DNA from: an uncultured delta proteobacterium
Lineage (GTDB): Bacteria; Desulfobacterota; Desulfobaccia; Desulfobaccales; 0-14-0-80-60-11
Length of the DNA: 64,000 nucleotides
Direction: 5' to 3'
NCBI GenBank assembly: GCA_963747645.1
Contig: CAVVFW010000017.1
Coordinates: 26,702 to 90,701 of the forward strand
Part shown: positions 63,204 to 64,000 of the stretch, in pieces
How the letters are laid out: every line of letters starts with the position of its first letter
Position numbering within the stretch: the first letter of the stretch is position 1
The notes under the pieces: model-generated
The model's database searches: none
Told to the model about the DNA's origin: nothing
Seen by the model: the letters and a program-made list of their open reading frames with translations, nothing else
Position numbers and translations under genes: made by a program

Positions 63204-64000
63204 CCATGCCTGGTTTTCAGGAGTTGTAATATCAAGGAAAATTTTTTGAGGGAATGCCTAAGAAATAGCCGAGTTATGGGGTTGTATTTTATGAGCCGCA
63301 GGAGGTCGAGCAAGGTACCCCAGCGCAGTATAAGTTTTTTTAAATAATACCCATAAATTTCCTGGGCCTGTTTTTCCAGGGTGATTTGGTCGGCCTGGCC
63401 GGGAAAGTCAGAGATTTCGCGGCTGTCAGCCTCCTTCAGGGTGGCAGGTTCTCCGGGGCCCACCAATTCATTCCACAATTGCGAGCCCGGGTGAACTCTA
63501 ACATTGCCAATATTGATGAGGTGGGGCTGGGCTTCTCTCAGAAAGTCCTTGGTATTTTCCAGATCGGCCCGGGTCTCTCCCGGTCCCCCGATCATGAGCC
63601 AGGTGTAGACCAGGAAATGATGCTTTTTAGCCCGCTGTATCCCTTGGGCCACGGCATGAGCCGAACCGGGTTTGCGGTAGCGCCGCCGCTGGGGATCGGA
63701 GCCGGTTTCCACTCCCAGGAAGAAGAGGTCGAAGCCTGCCTGTCGCATAAGCCCCAGGGTCGAATCGGGCAGATGCTCTACGAACCCTTCGAAGGCAAAG
63801 CGCATCCGAAGATCAGCCTGGATAATCAGGCGGCACAGGTGGTCCATACGGGAGGTGCTGACGGTCAGGTTCTCATCCGTAAACACGACCATCTGGTAGC
63901 CCTCCCGAGACAACTGCTGCAATTCCTCGAGCACGTTTTCGGGGCTCCGGGGCCGCCACCGGGACAGTTCTGCGGGTATGCGGGTACAAAAGGTGCAATG
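63200..64000 (-). CDS. radical SAM domain protein (N-terminus beyond the window edge)
   Basis: The frame continues upstream of the track Met to the window end, reading HCTFCTRIPAELSRWRPRSPENVLEELQQL (part of the CxxxCxxC cluster motif). The TIM-barrel-like body is GFDLFFLGVETGS...MIGGPGET. Confidence 0.7.
   Translation of the reverse strand, partial: HCTFCTRIPAELSRWRPRSPENVLEELQQLSREGYQMVVFTDENLTVSTSRMDHLCRLIIQADLRMRFAFEGFVEHLPDSTLGLMRQAGFDLFFLGVETGSDPQRRRYRKPGSAHAVAQGIQRAKKHHFLVYTWLMIGGPGETRADLENTKDFLREAQPHLINIGNVRVHPGSQLWNELVGPGEPATLKEADSREISDFPGQADQITLEKQAQEIYGYYLKKLILRWGTLLDLLRLIKYNPITRLFLRHSLKKFSLILQLLKTRHG

Overview
This is a high-GC bacterial chromosomal window. The organism is probably an anaerobe, since selA, cooC, several radical-SAM genes and ferredoxin-type genes are present, but the lineage cannot be fixed from this window alone. 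Positions 2-18686 on the minus strand form one uninterrupted translation/transcription supercluster: promoter, tRNA-Thr(TGT), tRNA-Tyr, tRNA-Gly, tRNA-Thr(GGT), tuf, rpmG, tRNA-Trp, secE, nusG, rplK, rplA, rplJ, rplL, rpoB, rpoC, rpsL, rpsG, fusA, tuf. The remaining 45 kb mixes housekeeping and accessory genes. These include a NarL-type response regulator, a DUF362 ferredoxin protein, a metallophosphoesterase, rlmD, a 2-hydroxyacid dehydrogenase, an L,D-transpeptidase, glycerate kinase, a cupin/MBL/OYE trio, selA, HU, an LptF/G permease, nfo, comEC and an SLT transglycosylase. They also include an MscK-like channel, an ABC transporter with no binding protein, hdeD, prmA, rsmE, radical-SAM proteins, two TVP38 paralogs, an O-methyltransferase, an SDR epimerase, an NTPase, ampG, cooC, a thioesterase, a secreted nitroreductase and an IscU/IscS-like pair. 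I found no CRISPR array, transposase, integrase, restriction-modification genes, paired toxin-antitoxin genes or other recognisable defence or mobile protein gene. I do not see a convincing novel multi-gene system. Five things stand out. (1) About 30 small indels break roughly 18 conserved genes, including both tuf copies and fusA, and they cluster in certain regions; this most likely reflects sequence quality rather than biology. (2) The IscU/IscS-like module has an IscS homologue that lacks the PLP-binding lysine and an IscU with a zinc-ribbon tail, and it is bracketed by two copies of a palindromic MITE-like repeat. (3) A second MITE-like repeat family is present in three copies. (4) The ribosomal cluster contains long structured intergenic elements. 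(5) Several leader or ncRNA candidates have no recognisable known class.
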